DNA of 64,000 bases from an uncultured Candidatus Saccharibacteria bacterium (GTDB lineage Bacteria > Patescibacteriota > Minisyncoccia > Phycocordibacterales > CAZTPW01): positions 18,700 to 82,699 of the forward strand of contig CAZTPW010000001.1 in NCBI GenBank assembly GCA_964615725.1, read 5' to 3'. How positions within the stretch are numbered: the first letter of the stretch is position 1; each line of letters starts with the position of its first letter. Position numbers and translations under genes: made by a program. The notes beneath the pieces are model-generated. The model saw only the letters and a list, made by a program, of their open reading frames with translations. It had not been told where the DNA came from and made no database searches. This document shows positions 49,566 through 59,794 of this stretch, piece after piece.

Positions 49566-50279
49566 CTAGAATTGATTAACGAAGCGAAGATCGCCATCGT
49601 AGAACTTTCGAATATCATTGATACCGTACTTAATCATGGCGAGACGATCAATACCTCCACCAAAAGCGAATCCCGACCAGACTTTCTCATCGACACCAGA
49701 CATTTTCAAAACATTTGGATGGACAACCCCCGCCCCCATTACCTCAAGCCATTTCCCCTGAAACCAGACATCGATTTCTACCCCAGGCTCAACGAATGGA
49801 AAGAAGCTTGGTCGAAAGCGGATTTTGGCATCATTTCCGAGAAGTTTTTTGAAGAAGAATTCAAGAGTGCCCTTGAGGTGTGCGAGTGAAATATCTTTCC
49901 CAACGAGAAGTCCTTCAATCTGATAGAACTGCGCTTCATGCGTAGAATCTGTAGCCTCATTTCGATAAACACGCCCTGGTACGATGATGGCGTAAGGCGG
50001 TGTATGAGTCTTCATATAGCGAATCTGAACCGATGAGGTGTGGGTGCGCAAAAGGAGCTTCTCTTTCCCAGAAGCACTTTCTTCTTTGGTCTGCTTAATC
50101 CAGAACGTATCTTGCATATCTCGCGCAGGGTGATGAGCGGGCATATTGAGTGCGTCAAAATTGTAAAACTCAGTCTCGAGTTCTGGACCTTGTGCAACGG
50201 CAAAACCAAGTTCAGCAAAAATCATCTGAATTTCACGAATCAGCTGCGTTATGGGATGAAGCGTGCCTTCTTTCTGCAT
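49566..50279 (-). CDS. pheS: phenylalanine--tRNA ligase alpha subunit (catalytic core only)
   Basis: HPARDMQDTF, LRTHTS, FPFVEP, GFAFG. Confidence 0.95.
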   Translation of the reverse strand: MQKEGTLHPITQLIREIQMIFAELGFAVAQGPELETEFYNFDALNMPAHHPARDMQDTFWIKQTKEESASGKEKLLLRTHTSSVQIRYMKTHTPPYAIIVPGRVYRNEATDSTHEAQFYQIEGLLVGKDISLAHLKGTLEFFFKKLLGNDAKIRFRPSFFPFVEPGVEIDVWFQGKWLEVMGAGVVHPNVLKMSGVDEKVWSGFAFGGGIDRLAMIKYGINDIRKFYDGDLRFVNQF

Positions 50280-50320
50280 GGGATTAGTCTAGCAAAAAAG
50301 GCTCACTTTCGCCATGGTTT

Positions 50321-51229
50321 TTAGAGCGAAACCTCGAAATACTGATCTTTGTTTTTGAGGTATATAGTTTCGTTATCGATACGAAAATCAACATCTGGAC
50401 CGGTAAAAAGTGGCTGAATATTTTGGTCGGGTCGTCGGTCTATCTCATGGACAAAAATTCCGTCTGCCGTGCTGTAGATTACAACATCATTTCTTTCAGG
50501 GAAAAAGTCGAGGCGAAGTGGTGGTTTCGTGATTTTTGCGAATTCAATAGGGAGTCCGCAATCAAGTGTGGTTGTACCACTTCTGAGAACAACAGTATCG
50601 CTACAAAGAAATTCCGGGATACTTTTCCGCTCCCCCACCCAGTCAGCAAATAGTGACTTTCCGCTTTTCCAGAGTGAAATATCCTTGTATACCAAACGAT
50701 TCATGTCGTAGGTACCAGGAGTAGAGGTTGCAAAAAGCTCTACCACATCCTTATAGTCTGGATTTTCCTCTTGAGTTGAGGTTGACTGGAAGAATGAAAA
50801 AACTCCATCAGTAATTGATCGGTCAATTATAAATTCTTGAACCGGCACTAGGGTTGGCTTTTTCGGAATCAAAAAAGGGCTTGCATGAGTGACACGCTTT
50901 TCATAGACCGGGAGGTGCTTTGCCCATGACCAATATCCATCTCTCGCCACCACCACAAGATATGAACGGGGTGTTAGATCCTGTACAAAAAAAGATTTGT
51001 TGAGGAGTGATTCTGGCTTCTGCTTTTGGTATTCAAAATATACTTCGGCATTCTTTGGAACCTCAGAGAGTGAGATACCGCCAGTCTCCACTACTTTCCA
51101 TACACCATCGACACCTCGATCAATACGGTATCCCATAGCGTACAGCACAATCACAGGAATGAGCGCGATAAAGAGTACTGCGAAGGCAATAAAATACATC
51201 CGACGTGCTTTTGGATTCTGTACGAGCAT
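50321..51229 (-). CDS. membrane-anchored PEGA-domain protein
   Basis: TM-YAMGYR, TGGI...P.NA.V, L.P..Y.V.V..DGY..W.K. Confidence 0.7.
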   Translation of the reverse strand: MLVQNPKARRMYFIAFAVLFIALIPVIVLYAMGYRIDRGVDGVWKVVETGGISLSEVPKNAEVYFEYQKQKPESLLNKSFFVQDLTPRSYLVVVARDGYWSWAKHLPVYEKRVTHASPFLIPKKPTLVPVQEFIIDRSITDGVFSFFQSTSTQEENPDYKDVVELFATSTPGTYDMNRLVYKDISLWKSGKSLFADWVGERKSIPEFLCSDTVVLRSGTTTLDCGLPIEFAKITKPPLRLDFFPERNDVVIYSTADGIFVHEIDRRPDQNIQPLFTGPDVDFRIDNETIYLKNKDQYFEVSL

Positions 51230-51231
51230 GA

Positions 51232-52776
51232 TTATAGTTTATCAGACTGGCGATGCTTTGGTGTAACCCAGAAGCCCATGTATTTTCCAAGCATAAGGCG
51301 AGTTTCTGCATCAAGGCCTGGTAAAGCACTGAAGAGTGTCATGGTTACTGGTACAAGAATCCATTGGAAGAACATAAACAATCTTCGGTGAATATGCATA
51401 CCCTGTGGCGGCTCAGGCAAAATCGTAAGTGAAATAATTGCCGAAAAGAAGAGCCCGAGCATTGACGCATTCATCAAATACTTGGTAATGATTGGAAGGT
51501 TGTAGGAAATAACAGAGCTATTGAAATCAACCCCGCCAAAGACGAGCGGCATCCAACCAAGCATAAAAATAATCAACGGATGAGTAGCGAGTGACCAAAA
51601 GCCTTCGAGCTGAACAATGGCCATATACCATCGCTTCTTCCGAGGGATTTTTTTATTTTTCACACAGGCCATGAGAATGTACGGCACGTTTTCAGACCCC
51701 CACGCCCATCGACGCTGCTGCTTGTAAATATTCTTGACGGTTTTCCAAAATGTCGGAGCGAGATTTGCATCCATTGAAACTGGATATGAGATTGGTACCA
51801 CCCGATAATCACCATTGTAAGCAACAAAAGCATTCCAGAAAATTCGTGAATCCTCCGACACCATGTTTCGCTGCCAATACCCAATTTCATGGAGAGTTTT
51901 GAAACTTACCGCATGAGAAGAAAAGGTTGCCAAACGCTCTGGACGCTCCTGCTGAATCATCTGCCAAAATGTACCTGAAGTGGCAACGACGCGAGAAAGT
52001 GCTGGTGAATACCAGATGTTGTTATTGTAAAAAGGAACCGGTTGGAATGAACACCGATAACGATCTTCAGTTGTTAAGAAATGCCATGTCAAACAAGCAA
52101 AATACTTGTCGTACACAACAGTATCAATGTCAAAAGCTGATACAACCACATCCTCAAACGCTATTTTATATGGAATCAAAATCTCATCACGAGCCTTTTC
52201 TGCTGCAAAGGCAATATTCGACCCCTTTCCAGGCATTTCACCAGGCACGTCTTTTGGGTGGACAGTGTGAATGAGATGAGCAAATTCACGCTCATATTTA
52301 ATCTTTACAATATCAGCAAGCTTCTGCGCATGCTCCCCCGCTCGTTCTTCGCCTGCCAAAACAACAATAAGTCGCTTTTTGTTGTACTGCGACTCAACAA
52401 GTGCTTGTACACTTTTTTCAATAACCTCAAGACCTTCCTGATAAAAAGGCAAAATCACCATGTGGTAGATGTGCTCATGGTGCAGATCTTTCAATAAATT
52501 TGGCCAATCAGCTTCACGATTATGACGAAGTCTGCGCCAATTCTGTCGCAAGTACAATGAAAGGTAAATTGTCTTGAGCAACCAATAGATATCGAAGATG
52601 ATGATAAAAACTGCTGCCCATACCGGCAAAAAGCGTGATAGGACAATACAGAGAATAAGCGTAGTCCACGCAATAAGCCCTGGGACCATTTCAAAGAAAC
52701 GATAGAGACGTCGATCACTTCCTGTGAGATCGCTTGCTCGTCCGGCGCGGTAATATGCTGTCTTTGTATAATCCAT
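51232..52776 (-). CDS. membrane glycosyltransferase family 2 (processive type)
   Basis: DID, SED and QQRRW motifs flanked by TM helices. Confidence 0.88.
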   Translation of the reverse strand: MDYTKTAYYRAGRASDLTGSDRRLYRFFEMVPGLIAWTTLILCIVLSRFLPVWAAVFIIIFDIYWLLKTIYLSLYLRQNWRRLRHNREADWPNLLKDLHHEHIYHMVILPFYQEGLEVIEKSVQALVESQYNKKRLIVVLAGEERAGEHAQKLADIVKIKYEREFAHLIHTVHPKDVPGEMPGKGSNIAFAAEKARDEILIPYKIAFEDVVVSAFDIDTVVYDKYFACLTWHFLTTEDRYRCSFQPVPFYNNNIWYSPALSRVVATSGTFWQMIQQERPERLATFSSHAVSFKTLHEIGYWQRNMVSEDSRIFWNAFVAYNGDYRVVPISYPVSMDANLAPTFWKTVKNIYKQQRRWAWGSENVPYILMACVKNKKIPRKKRWYMAIVQLEGFWSLATHPLIIFMLGWMPLVFGGVDFNSSVISYNLPIITKYLMNASMLGLFFSAIISLTILPEPPQGMHIHRRLFMFFQWILVPVTMTLFSALPGLDAETRLMLGKYMGFWVTPKHRQSDKL

Positions 52777-52796
52777 GGCGAGCTGCGTTTTTCGTG

Positions 52797-52869
52797 AGCC
52801 ACCTCCCAGGCTTGAACTGGGGACCTACTGTTTACAAAACAGTTGCTCTACCAACTGAGCTAAGGTGGC
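52797..52869 (-). tRNA. tRNA-Thr(UGU), CCA not encoded
   Basis: GCCACCT acceptor stem, D arm TAGCTCAGTTGGTAGAGC, anticodon stem ACTGT/ACAGT with loop TTTGTAA, TTCAAG T loop. Confidence 0.95.
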
Positions 52870-52874
52870 AAATA

Positions 52875-53270
52875 TTACTGATGAATATGACCTACGTTCT
52901 GACTTTTATCTGCCTCAATATTCTTGAGGAAAAAAGATACCGAACCCTTGTGGGTCGGATACTTAACATGCTTGCCCTGCATGGTCTCAAGCGCTTTCAT
53001 CACTGCTCCGTGAATGCGGGCTAGAAGCTTGAGAGAAATCGCATGGGCGACGCTCTTTATAATAAACAAAATTGTCCGAAACGCAAGTACGAGATTTTCA
53101 ACGACCACACGCTTCCAAGTAAGAATGGTTGCATGAAGAAATGCGTCTGTCTTTCGGAGCCATTCATGAGATAGAAAAAGTTTTCCCTTTTCCAACTCAT
53201 ACCACTTGTGCACCAAAAGCACTACAAGCGTAGCAATAGAAAGACCGAGCATTGTAAATTCAAAAATCAT
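52875..53270 (-). CDS. hypothetical membrane protein
   Basis: 131 aa, N-terminal TM, fits tightly between tsf and the tRNA. Confidence 0.75.
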   Translation of the reverse strand: MIFEFTMLGLSIATLVVLLVHKWYELEKGKLFLSHEWLRKTDAFLHATILTWKRVVVENLVLAFRTILFIIKSVAHAISLKLLARIHGAVMKALETMQGKHVKYPTHKGSVSFFLKNIEADKSQNVGHIHQ

Positions 53271-53281
53271 AAACGAGTGTG

Positions 53282-53872
53282 TTACTTCCCGAGAACGGAA
53301 TATCGCACAAATCGTGTTATTTCAATCTTCTCTCCGAATTTCTGTACAGCGTTCTGGATGAGATTGGCGATGGTCAAATCTGGATTCTTGATGAAAGGTT
53401 GTTCCATAAGAATCTTGTCGGCAAAGTATGCAGCAACCTTGCCTTCGAGGATTTTTGCCTTCATTGCTTCTGGCTTGCCCTCGACTTCCTTGGCAAACGT
53501 ATCTTCTGCAAGCTTTCGAGCCTCTTCAGTTACATCTTCTTTCTTGATGAATTCTGGGTTTGAGGCGGCAATATGCATAGCAATATCATATGCAAGTACC
53601 TGGAACTCTTTGTTTCCTGATACGAAATCAGTCTCGGACGCGAGTTCGAGGATCACACCTACACGCCCACCATGAACGTATGAAGCAATAGTACCAGCTC
53701 CAAAGGTTCTGTCTGCTTTCTTTGAAACAGCGTCAGCGCCTTTTTTTCGCAAGATAATGAGAGCTTTTTCCTTGTCACCGCCCGCTTCTTCAAGCGCTTT
53801 TCGACAGAGCATGATAGAGACACCGGTAAGATCTCGAAGTTCCTTTACTTGTTCGATGCTGATTGTTGCCAT
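53282..53872 (-). CDS. tsf: elongation factor Ts (short form)
   Basis: VKELRDLTG...CRKAL, ETDFV. Confidence 0.97.
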   Translation of the reverse strand: MATISIEQVKELRDLTGVSIMLCRKALEEAGGDKEKALIILRKKGADAVSKKADRTFGAGTIASYVHGGRVGVILELASETDFVSGNKEFQVLAYDIAMHIAASNPEFIKKEDVTEEARKLAEDTFAKEVEGKPEAMKAKILEGKVAAYFADKILMEQPFIKNPDLTIANLIQNAVQKFGEKIEITRFVRYSVLGK

Positions 53873-53937
53873 AGGTATAAGTATATACTAAAAATAATAA
53901 AAGAGAACGGATGCACTAGGCTTAAAGAAAGCCTAAA

Positions 53938-54699
53938 TTATGCCAAATGAGGCTGATTGTGTGAAGCTGGAGCTTCTGCTGGCTTCTTTGCGTGGAGAGT
54001 CTTGCCTTCCTTGATAGCCTGAACGATTTCTGAGACGACAAACTTGATGCTTGATACTGAAGTGTCATTGCCAGGAATTGGGTAGTCGACGAGCTTCATA
54101 TTGCAATCAGTACCTGAGAGGCTAACCACTGGAATACCGACGCTTCGAGCCTCCTCTACTGCAATAGCCTCTCGCTTGTGATCAACCACAAAGAGAACTT
54201 TTGGAAGTGAGGCCATAAGAGAAAGACCGCCAAAAAATCGCTGGAGGTTGTCGATTTCTCGATCAATAAGAACACGCTCCTTTTTGGTGTATTTTGAGAG
54301 TTCACCTTTCTGCTTTTTTGTAGTCAAAGACGCGAGCTTTTCTACACGCTTTCGGATTTCACCGAAGTTTGAGAAGGTACCACCAATCCATCGTCCTGCA
54401 ACGAATGGCATATCTACTGAAGTAGCTGCTGCCTGGATAATGTCTCGAGATTCGCTCTTTCCGCCGAGGAAAAGAACCTGACCACCCTTCGCAACAACAT
54501 CAGTGATGAATTTCTTTGCTGATTCGAGGGCTGGAGCAGTTTTTTCGAGGTCGAAGATTTCGACTTTGTTTTTTGTTCCAAAAATAAATGGCTTTGAGCT
54601 TGGATGTCGTCGAGAACGAGCATAGCCAAAGTGAGTACCCGCCTTGAACATGGCGTCAATGAGGGTCTTCATATGTGGGTGTTTCGCGTTTTCAGTCAT
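53938..54699 (-). CDS. rpsB: 30S ribosomal protein S2
   Basis: AGTHFG, RWIGGTFSNF, IPGND; start MTENAK 7 nt after TGGTAGACT. Confidence 0.97.
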   Translation of the reverse strand: MTENAKHPHMKTLIDAMFKAGTHFGYARSRRHPSSKPFIFGTKNKVEIFDLEKTAPALESAKKFITDVVAKGGQVLFLGGKSESRDIIQAAATSVDMPFVAGRWIGGTFSNFGEIRKRVEKLASLTTKKQKGELSKYTKKERVLIDREIDNLQRFFGGLSLMASLPKVLFVVDHKREAIAVEEARSVGIPVVSLSGTDCNMKLVDYPIPGNDTSVSSIKFVVSEIVQAIKEGKTLHAKKPAEAPASHNQPHLA

Positions 54700-54767
54700 G
54701 GGGAGTAGTCTACCAGATGAAGTGGGATGTTGCAACCCCTCTCCTTCTCAGGCAGCTTTAGGAATAA

Positions 54768-55754
54768 TTATTCTTCGTCAGGGCTGGAATCTCCGCCTTC
54801 AACAGGCTTTCCGCCGGATTCTTGAACTGCATTAATAATATCTTCGATATCGCCCGCAAAAATCCCCTCAATATTGTGCCATGATTGCTTGATACGATGG
54901 TCAGTCACTCGGTCTTGGAGAACATTGTAGGTGCGAATCTTTTCAGATCGGTCTGCGGTACCCACCTGAGCCTTTCGCTCGCCAGAGTATTTTGATGCTT
55001 CCTCCTCTTCTTTGAGACGAGCAATTTTCGCCATGAGAATACTCATCGCTTTCTCGCGGTTCTTTGCCTGACTTCGCTCAGAAGTACAGCGGACATCGAT
55101 ACCTGTTGGCTTGTGAACGAGTCGGACGGCTGTCTCCACTTTGTTGACGTTTTGACCACCCTTTCCGCCTGCTCGTGAGAATTCCATCTCAATGTCTGCT
55201 GGGTTGATTTCGACATTTACCTTCTTTCGCATAGGCAAAATAGCAACTGAAGCGGTAGATGTGTGGACTCGACCCATCTTTTCAGTGGGTGGTACACGTT
55301 GAATACGATGAACACCTGTTTCAAAACGAAGAAGTTTGTATACATCCTTGCCACGAAGCTCAAAAGAAGCATCTTTGTAGCCCCCGAGAGAGTTTGTTGA
55401 CTCATCGAGCGTTGAGAATGACCAACCCCGCGTTTCACCGAAGCGACGATACATTTCGGCGAGTTTTGCGGCGAAAAGTGCAGCCTCATCTCCCCCCGCC
55501 CCCGCTCGAACTTCTAAAATGACTTCGTTAGGGAATTCCTCTTCTTCTTTTTCAGATGCCAAAATCTCCTCCATCTGTTTCATAATGGCGTCTTTTTGAG
55601 TCTTGATTGTTTCGAGATCATGCTTCGCTAGATCAGCAAGTGTAGCGTCGCCGGCGAGCATAGCTTGAAGATCCTTCTCCTCAGCATGAAGACGCTCCCA
55701 AGATTCTGCGAGGTAGCTTGTCTTATGACTTTGTTTAAACTTACTGAGATCCAT
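54768..55754 (-). CDS. prfA: peptide chain release factor 1
   Basis: GGQ motif, PxT (RVPPTE) specificity motif. Confidence 0.93.
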   Translation of the reverse strand: MDLSKFKQSHKTSYLAESWERLHAEEKDLQAMLAGDATLADLAKHDLETIKTQKDAIMKQMEEILASEKEEEEFPNEVILEVRAGAGGDEAALFAAKLAEMYRRFGETRGWSFSTLDESTNSLGGYKDASFELRGKDVYKLLRFETGVHRIQRVPPTEKMGRVHTSTASVAILPMRKKVNVEINPADIEMEFSRAGGKGGQNVNKVETAVRLVHKPTGIDVRCTSERSQAKNREKAMSILMAKIARLKEEEEASKYSGERKAQVGTADRSEKIRTYNVLQDRVTDHRIKQSWHNIEGIFAGDIEDIINAVQESGGKPVEGGDSSPDEE

Positions 55755-56072
55755 TTACGCAGACTTGTCTGCTTTTTTGGTCGCCATCTTCTCTTTAATA
55801 GCTTTTACCGCTGCTGCTTTTGTAGTAGTTTTTGTCTGTCGAGCTTTGAACTTTTCAACACGTCCTGCTGAGTCGAGAATCTTCTCATTTCCTGTATAGA
55901 ATGGGTGTGACGCGCTTGAAATTTCCACTCGGTAGAGAGGATATTCTTTTCCGTCCTTTGCTTTGCCAGTTTCCTCAGTGGCAACAGTAGAATTGATGAT
56001 AAACTCAGCGTTGTTTGAGCTGTCTACAAAGAGTACAGGGCGGTAATTCTTCGGATGAATATCTTTTTTCAT
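55755..56072 (-). CDS. rpmE: 50S ribosomal protein L31 type B
   Basis: MKKDIHP, EISSASHPFYTG, GRVEKF; no Cys. Confidence 0.95.
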   Translation of the reverse strand: MKKDIHPKNYRPVLFVDSSNNAEFIINSTVATEETGKAKDGKEYPLYRVEISSASHPFYTGNEKILDSAGRVEKFKARQTKTTTKAAAVKAIKEKMATKKADKSA

Positions 56073-56090
56073 GGTCAAGAGAGTATAACC

Positions 56091-57452
56091 TTAGAGTCCC
56101 AAAATGTCAATTTGCTTCTGGTACTTGTCGGCAAATCGCATCACGTCATCACCATAGAATGCATAGGCTGCTTTTGTAGCATTGGTCCACCCCGCAAGGT
56201 AGCGGAGCGCTGCAAGACGCTCCGCAGAGCGAGTGCCGGCTGCGGCTCCATTTTCCTTCATAAGGAGAGCTGATGCCATAAATGCTGTTGCCGGATCCCA
56301 AGGATTTGGAGGTTGTTTGCCTGTCAGGCTACCGATCCGATCGGCTGATGGATCATAAGTACAGGTAACACTTCCACCTTTTGTACAAGTGTATCCAGCA
56401 TAAAGAATCCATGTCGAGGGTATAAACTGGGCAGGTCCCATTGCTCCCCCGTATCCATACCACACTTTTTTTGATACTGGCATTTGATCAGGATCGAGAC
56501 CAAGGTGCTTCATGAGCTCAGCAAAAATAGGCTGATCACGTGTAGGGTGCATATCTACACGCCACGTTCCCTTTCCGACATTTTGTCCAAGATTTGACTC
56601 TTCGGTAATGATTCCAAGAATCACCGCAGGACGCACACCGGTCTTTGCGCTTGCAAGCTTTGCATACTGAAGGGCTTGTTCGAATGGAATCGCACTTGAA
56701 CCACTCAACTGGAAGAGAGCTGTACGGATATCAGCCGCACTTTGCTGTTTTTGTTTTAGAATTTTTTGATAGGTAACCTCCTCACCCTTAGTAATTTTGA
56801 TAAGATTGGCTTTTTCTTTCTCCTGGTCTTGGAGTCGTCGCTGCTGGAGTTGTTGAATTGCTAGAAGTTTTGTTTGTTCGTCCTTCTTATCTTCAAGAAT
56901 ATCCTTTTGAGTCTGGGTTTGCTTCCTATTTTCACTCACAATATTGTATGACTCTTGAATCTGATCGTTGATAGCAGCAAATGAATCTACATCAGCAAAA
57001 TATTCAGCAATGTTTTTCCCACCGATAAACGCATGGATGGCATCAATCGATTGAAGCTGCTGCTTTTTTTGAAGTAAATGTGCGATTGAGTCTTTTTCTT
57101 TTTCAATGGTATCTGACAGGACATTGATGGTCTTTTGCTTACCTCTAATATCCTCAGAAAGCCCTTGGATTGTGAGATTTCGTGCTTTAATACTGAGCTT
57201 TGCTTCATTGATTTGTGCGGTCAAGATTGCGAGGTCGCGCTCAAGGCTCACGCGCTGATTTTGTCGCTGGGTGAGGATGGTTTTTTGTGCATCGATTTCC
57301 TTCTCGAGTTGAGCGAGCTCTCGCTCAAGCTGGGCGCGCTTTTCACTTACCGACTGAGCGTGGGTCTGAGGTACACAAGAAGCATAAAAAAAGCCGAAGA
57401 GGAGGCATAGGACCGTCATTATTCCAATAGAAAACCGAAGTGTTTTTGACAC
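56091..57452 (-). CDS. secreted coiled-coil lytic murein transglycosylase (SLT_2-like)
   Basis: Signal peptide, long coiled coil, EES, GAMGPAQFIPSTW. Confidence 0.88.
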   Translation of the reverse strand: MSKTLRFSIGIMTVLCLLFGFFYASCVPQTHAQSVSEKRAQLERELAQLEKEIDAQKTILTQRQNQRVSLERDLAILTAQINEAKLSIKARNLTIQGLSEDIRGKQKTINVLSDTIEKEKDSIAHLLQKKQQLQSIDAIHAFIGGKNIAEYFADVDSFAAINDQIQESYNIVSENRKQTQTQKDILEDKKDEQTKLLAIQQLQQRRLQDQEKEKANLIKITKGEEVTYQKILKQKQQSAADIRTALFQLSGSSAIPFEQALQYAKLASAKTGVRPAVILGIITEESNLGQNVGKGTWRVDMHPTRDQPIFAELMKHLGLDPDQMPVSKKVWYGYGGAMGPAQFIPSTWILYAGYTCTKGGSVTCTYDPSADRIGSLTGKQPPNPWDPATAFMASALLMKENGAAAGTRSAERLAALRYLAGWTNATKAAYAFYGDDVMRFADKYQKQIDILGL

Positions 57453-57470
57453 GTGATTATTATATCAAAA

Positions 57471-57513
57471 TCAAACAAAAAACCCACCGAAAATCGGTGG
57501 GTTTTTTGTTTGA
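57471..57513 (-). terminator. rplY terminator, perfect 20-bp arms
   Basis: TCAAACAAAAAACCCACCGA-aaa-TCGGTGGGTTTTTTGTTTGA. Confidence 0.85.
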
Positions 57514-57534
57514 AATTGTCTGGGAAAGAACCGA

Positions 57535-58209
57535 CTATTTCTTTTCTGCCTTTGGAGCATCTCCAGCTGGAGCTGCACCCTCTGCGCCTTCTTCTTCTTT
57601 CTTTCCTTTCTTCTCAACTTCAATCGCTGAGAGGTCTGGAGCTGCTACTGGCTCTTCTTTTTCTTCTACTGGCTGAGCAACTGAGGCGACCACATCTTCA
57701 GCATCCTGAACGAGTGACACACCCTCTGGAAGCTTGAGATCACGCGCATGGATCTGGCTATCAAAAGCAACCAATGGCGCGATATCTACATGAACACGTG
57801 ATGGCAAATCCTTTGGCAATGCTTCGATTTCCAATGTGTGAAGCACTTTCACCAAGATACCACCGAGTTCTTTAACCGCAGGAGAAACACCGTCGAATTC
57901 AAGAGGAACCTTAACCTTGAGCTTCTTACCCTTCTCGATGACATAGAAGTCAGCATGACGAATGACGTCTGTTACTGGATCCTTATCAATGTCCTTGATG
58001 AGAGCTTGATGCTCTTCTCCAAGCCCCTTGAGTTCAACAACTGAAGATTCACCCGCTGCCTTCCATACTTTTAAAAATTCAGCGGCAGGTACTGTGATCG
58101 AGGTAGTCTTTTCTTTTCTACCATAGAACACAGCAGGAAGTTTGCCAGCTGAGCGGAGTGCCTCCAATTTTTGAGTTTTATCTCGCTTTTCGAAATTAAT
58201 TGTAAGCAT
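57535..58209 (-). CDS. rplY: 50S ribosomal protein L25/Ctc
   Basis: LR..GKLPAVFYG, HADFY, VKELGG, acidic tail. Confidence 0.95.
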   Translation of the reverse strand: MLTINFEKRDKTQKLEALRSAGKLPAVFYGRKEKTTSITVPAAEFLKVWKAAGESSVVELKGLGEEHQALIKDIDKDPVTDVIRHADFYVIEKGKKLKVKVPLEFDGVSPAVKELGGILVKVLHTLEIEALPKDLPSRVHVDIAPLVAFDSQIHARDLKLPEGVSLVQDAEDVVASVAQPVEEKEEPVAAPDLSAIEVEKKGKKEEEGAEGAAPAGDAPKAEKK

Positions 58210-58224
58210 GCGGGCTAGTCTACC

Positions 58225-58791
58225 TTAAAAGAAGCGAAATGGCAATATACCAACTTTCTTGCGATACTCGACAAATTGGTCTCCAAATTTTGCTTCCAGC
58301 TCCTTATCTTCAGTATTCATTACATGCTTTAAGAAGAAATACGGCGGTACAAGTAATAGAATAAACACAGAATTGAGTTGTAGGTAAATTCCACAGATAA
58401 AGATAAAAGCACCTACATAATATGGATGGCGAGACACTTTATAGGCACCGGTTATTACTAGTTGATTGGCAGGTACATCACCCATAATTGCCCAGTTTTT
58501 TGGACGAGATGCTCGGGTCCAAATCATAAGGCTCAATCCAATCAAGGAAAACACGCCTCCGCTCGCCACAATAATTCGACCCAACACCTCATGCGAGCTT
58601 ATTCTAAGAAAATCTGGAACTTCGAGAAAAACGAGTAAGACTGGAATAACGAAATAGAGAGACACTTCAAATATTTTTCTTAGCGATAGAATTACTGGAG
58701 TACTTTTTATTCTTTCACGCTTAAAAAAATAACTCCACACCAAACGAAAGGCAAAGAAAAAGAGAAGAAAATACAGTGGTAAGAGTTTCAT
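58225..58791 (-). CDS. isoprenylcysteine carboxyl methyltransferase/PEMT family membrane protein
   Basis: LVITGAYKVSRHPYY, ED..L..KFG..Y. Confidence 0.88.
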   Translation of the reverse strand: MKLLPLYFLLFFFAFRLVWSYFFKRERIKSTPVILSLRKIFEVSLYFVIPVLLVFLEVPDFLRISSHEVLGRIIVASGGVFSLIGLSLMIWTRASRPKNWAIMGDVPANQLVITGAYKVSRHPYYVGAFIFICGIYLQLNSVFILLLVPPYFFLKHVMNTEDKELEAKFGDQFVEYRKKVGILPFRFF

Positions 58792-58814
58792 AGCGTTTAT
58801 AGTGATGGAATAGA

Positions 58815-59789
58815 CTAGGATGTAATTATTGGGTTTACTGGCTTCCCTGTTTCAAAAAAAGTAATGATATTTTGAGCCGCCAAAACCGCCATATCATGTC
58901 GTGCCTCATCGCTCGCTGAAGCAATGTGGGGAGTAAGTACGGTGTTGGTAAGTTTGGTGAGGGCTTTGGTTACTTTTGGCTCATATTCAAACACATCGAT
59001 ACCTGCGCCAGCAATTTTTTGGGAAATAAGTGCGTCTGCCAAAGCTTTCTCATCGACGATTGGACCGCGAGCAGTATTGATGAGAATGGCGTGCTTTTTC
59101 ATAAGAGCAAAACGCTCAGCATTCATGAGGTGGTGTGTTGATGGCAAAAGTGGTACATGGAGCGATACAATATCTGCTTTTTTCAAAACATCTTCGACAG
59201 TCGGACAAAAGACGGCTCCATATTCTTTTTCAAGATTTTCGTTTCGAACAACGTCGAAATACACAACATTCATTCCGAAACCGCGGGTGGCACGCTTCAC
59301 GACACTTGCCCCAATATGCCCGGTACCGATAATGCCGAGTGTTTTCCCAGCAAGCTCCATACCATGGAGAAGCATCGGATCCCAACCTTTGTATTTTCCT
59401 TTTTTTACATAAAGATCAGCTTCAGGAATTCTACATACCAACGCAAGAATGAGTGCCCATGTGAATTCTGCCACCCGCTCTGCCCCACCGCTTGGTGTAT
59501 TGGAAAGTGCAACGCCACGCTTTTTTGCCTCATCAACAGAAAAGTTGTTGAAGCCGATGGCATAGTTGGCAAAAAGTTTTACCGAAGGCGCCGCACTCAT
59601 AACCTCCGCATCAATAGAATCAGTAAGCACAGAAAGCACTGCATCGTACTGCTTTTTTTGCAAAACCTTCACAAGCTCTGCCTTGGTGAGTGGTCGATTT
59701 TTTGTAGTCTGATCCACCTCATATCCCTTCTGGGTGAGCATTGAAATTGCTATGTCAGGAATTTTTCGTGTTACAAAAACTTTTTTCAT
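58815..59789 (-). CDS. D-2-hydroxyacid dehydrogenase (glyoxylate reductase/D-glycerate dehydrogenase family)
   Basis: GIIGTGHIG, INTARG, DVFEYEP, PHIAS. Confidence 0.92.
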   Translation of the reverse strand: MKKVFVTRKIPDIAISMLTQKGYEVDQTTKNRPLTKAELVKVLQKKQYDAVLSVLTDSIDAEVMSAAPSVKLFANYAIGFNNFSVDEAKKRGVALSNTPSGGAERVAEFTWALILALVCRIPEADLYVKKGKYKGWDPMLLHGMELAGKTLGIIGTGHIGASVVKRATRGFGMNVVYFDVVRNENLEKEYGAVFCPTVEDVLKKADIVSLHVPLLPSTHHLMNAERFALMKKHAILINTARGPIVDEKALADALISQKIAGAGIDVFEYEPKVTKALTKLTNTVLTPHIASASDEARHDMAVLAAQNIITFFETGKPVNPIITS

Positions 59790-59794
59790 ATTCT

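Noticed and set aside
52797-52869. tRNA-Thr as an integration site
   Set aside because: No duplicated tRNA 3' end or integrase noticed; the flanking genes are tightly packed ordinary chromosomal genes.
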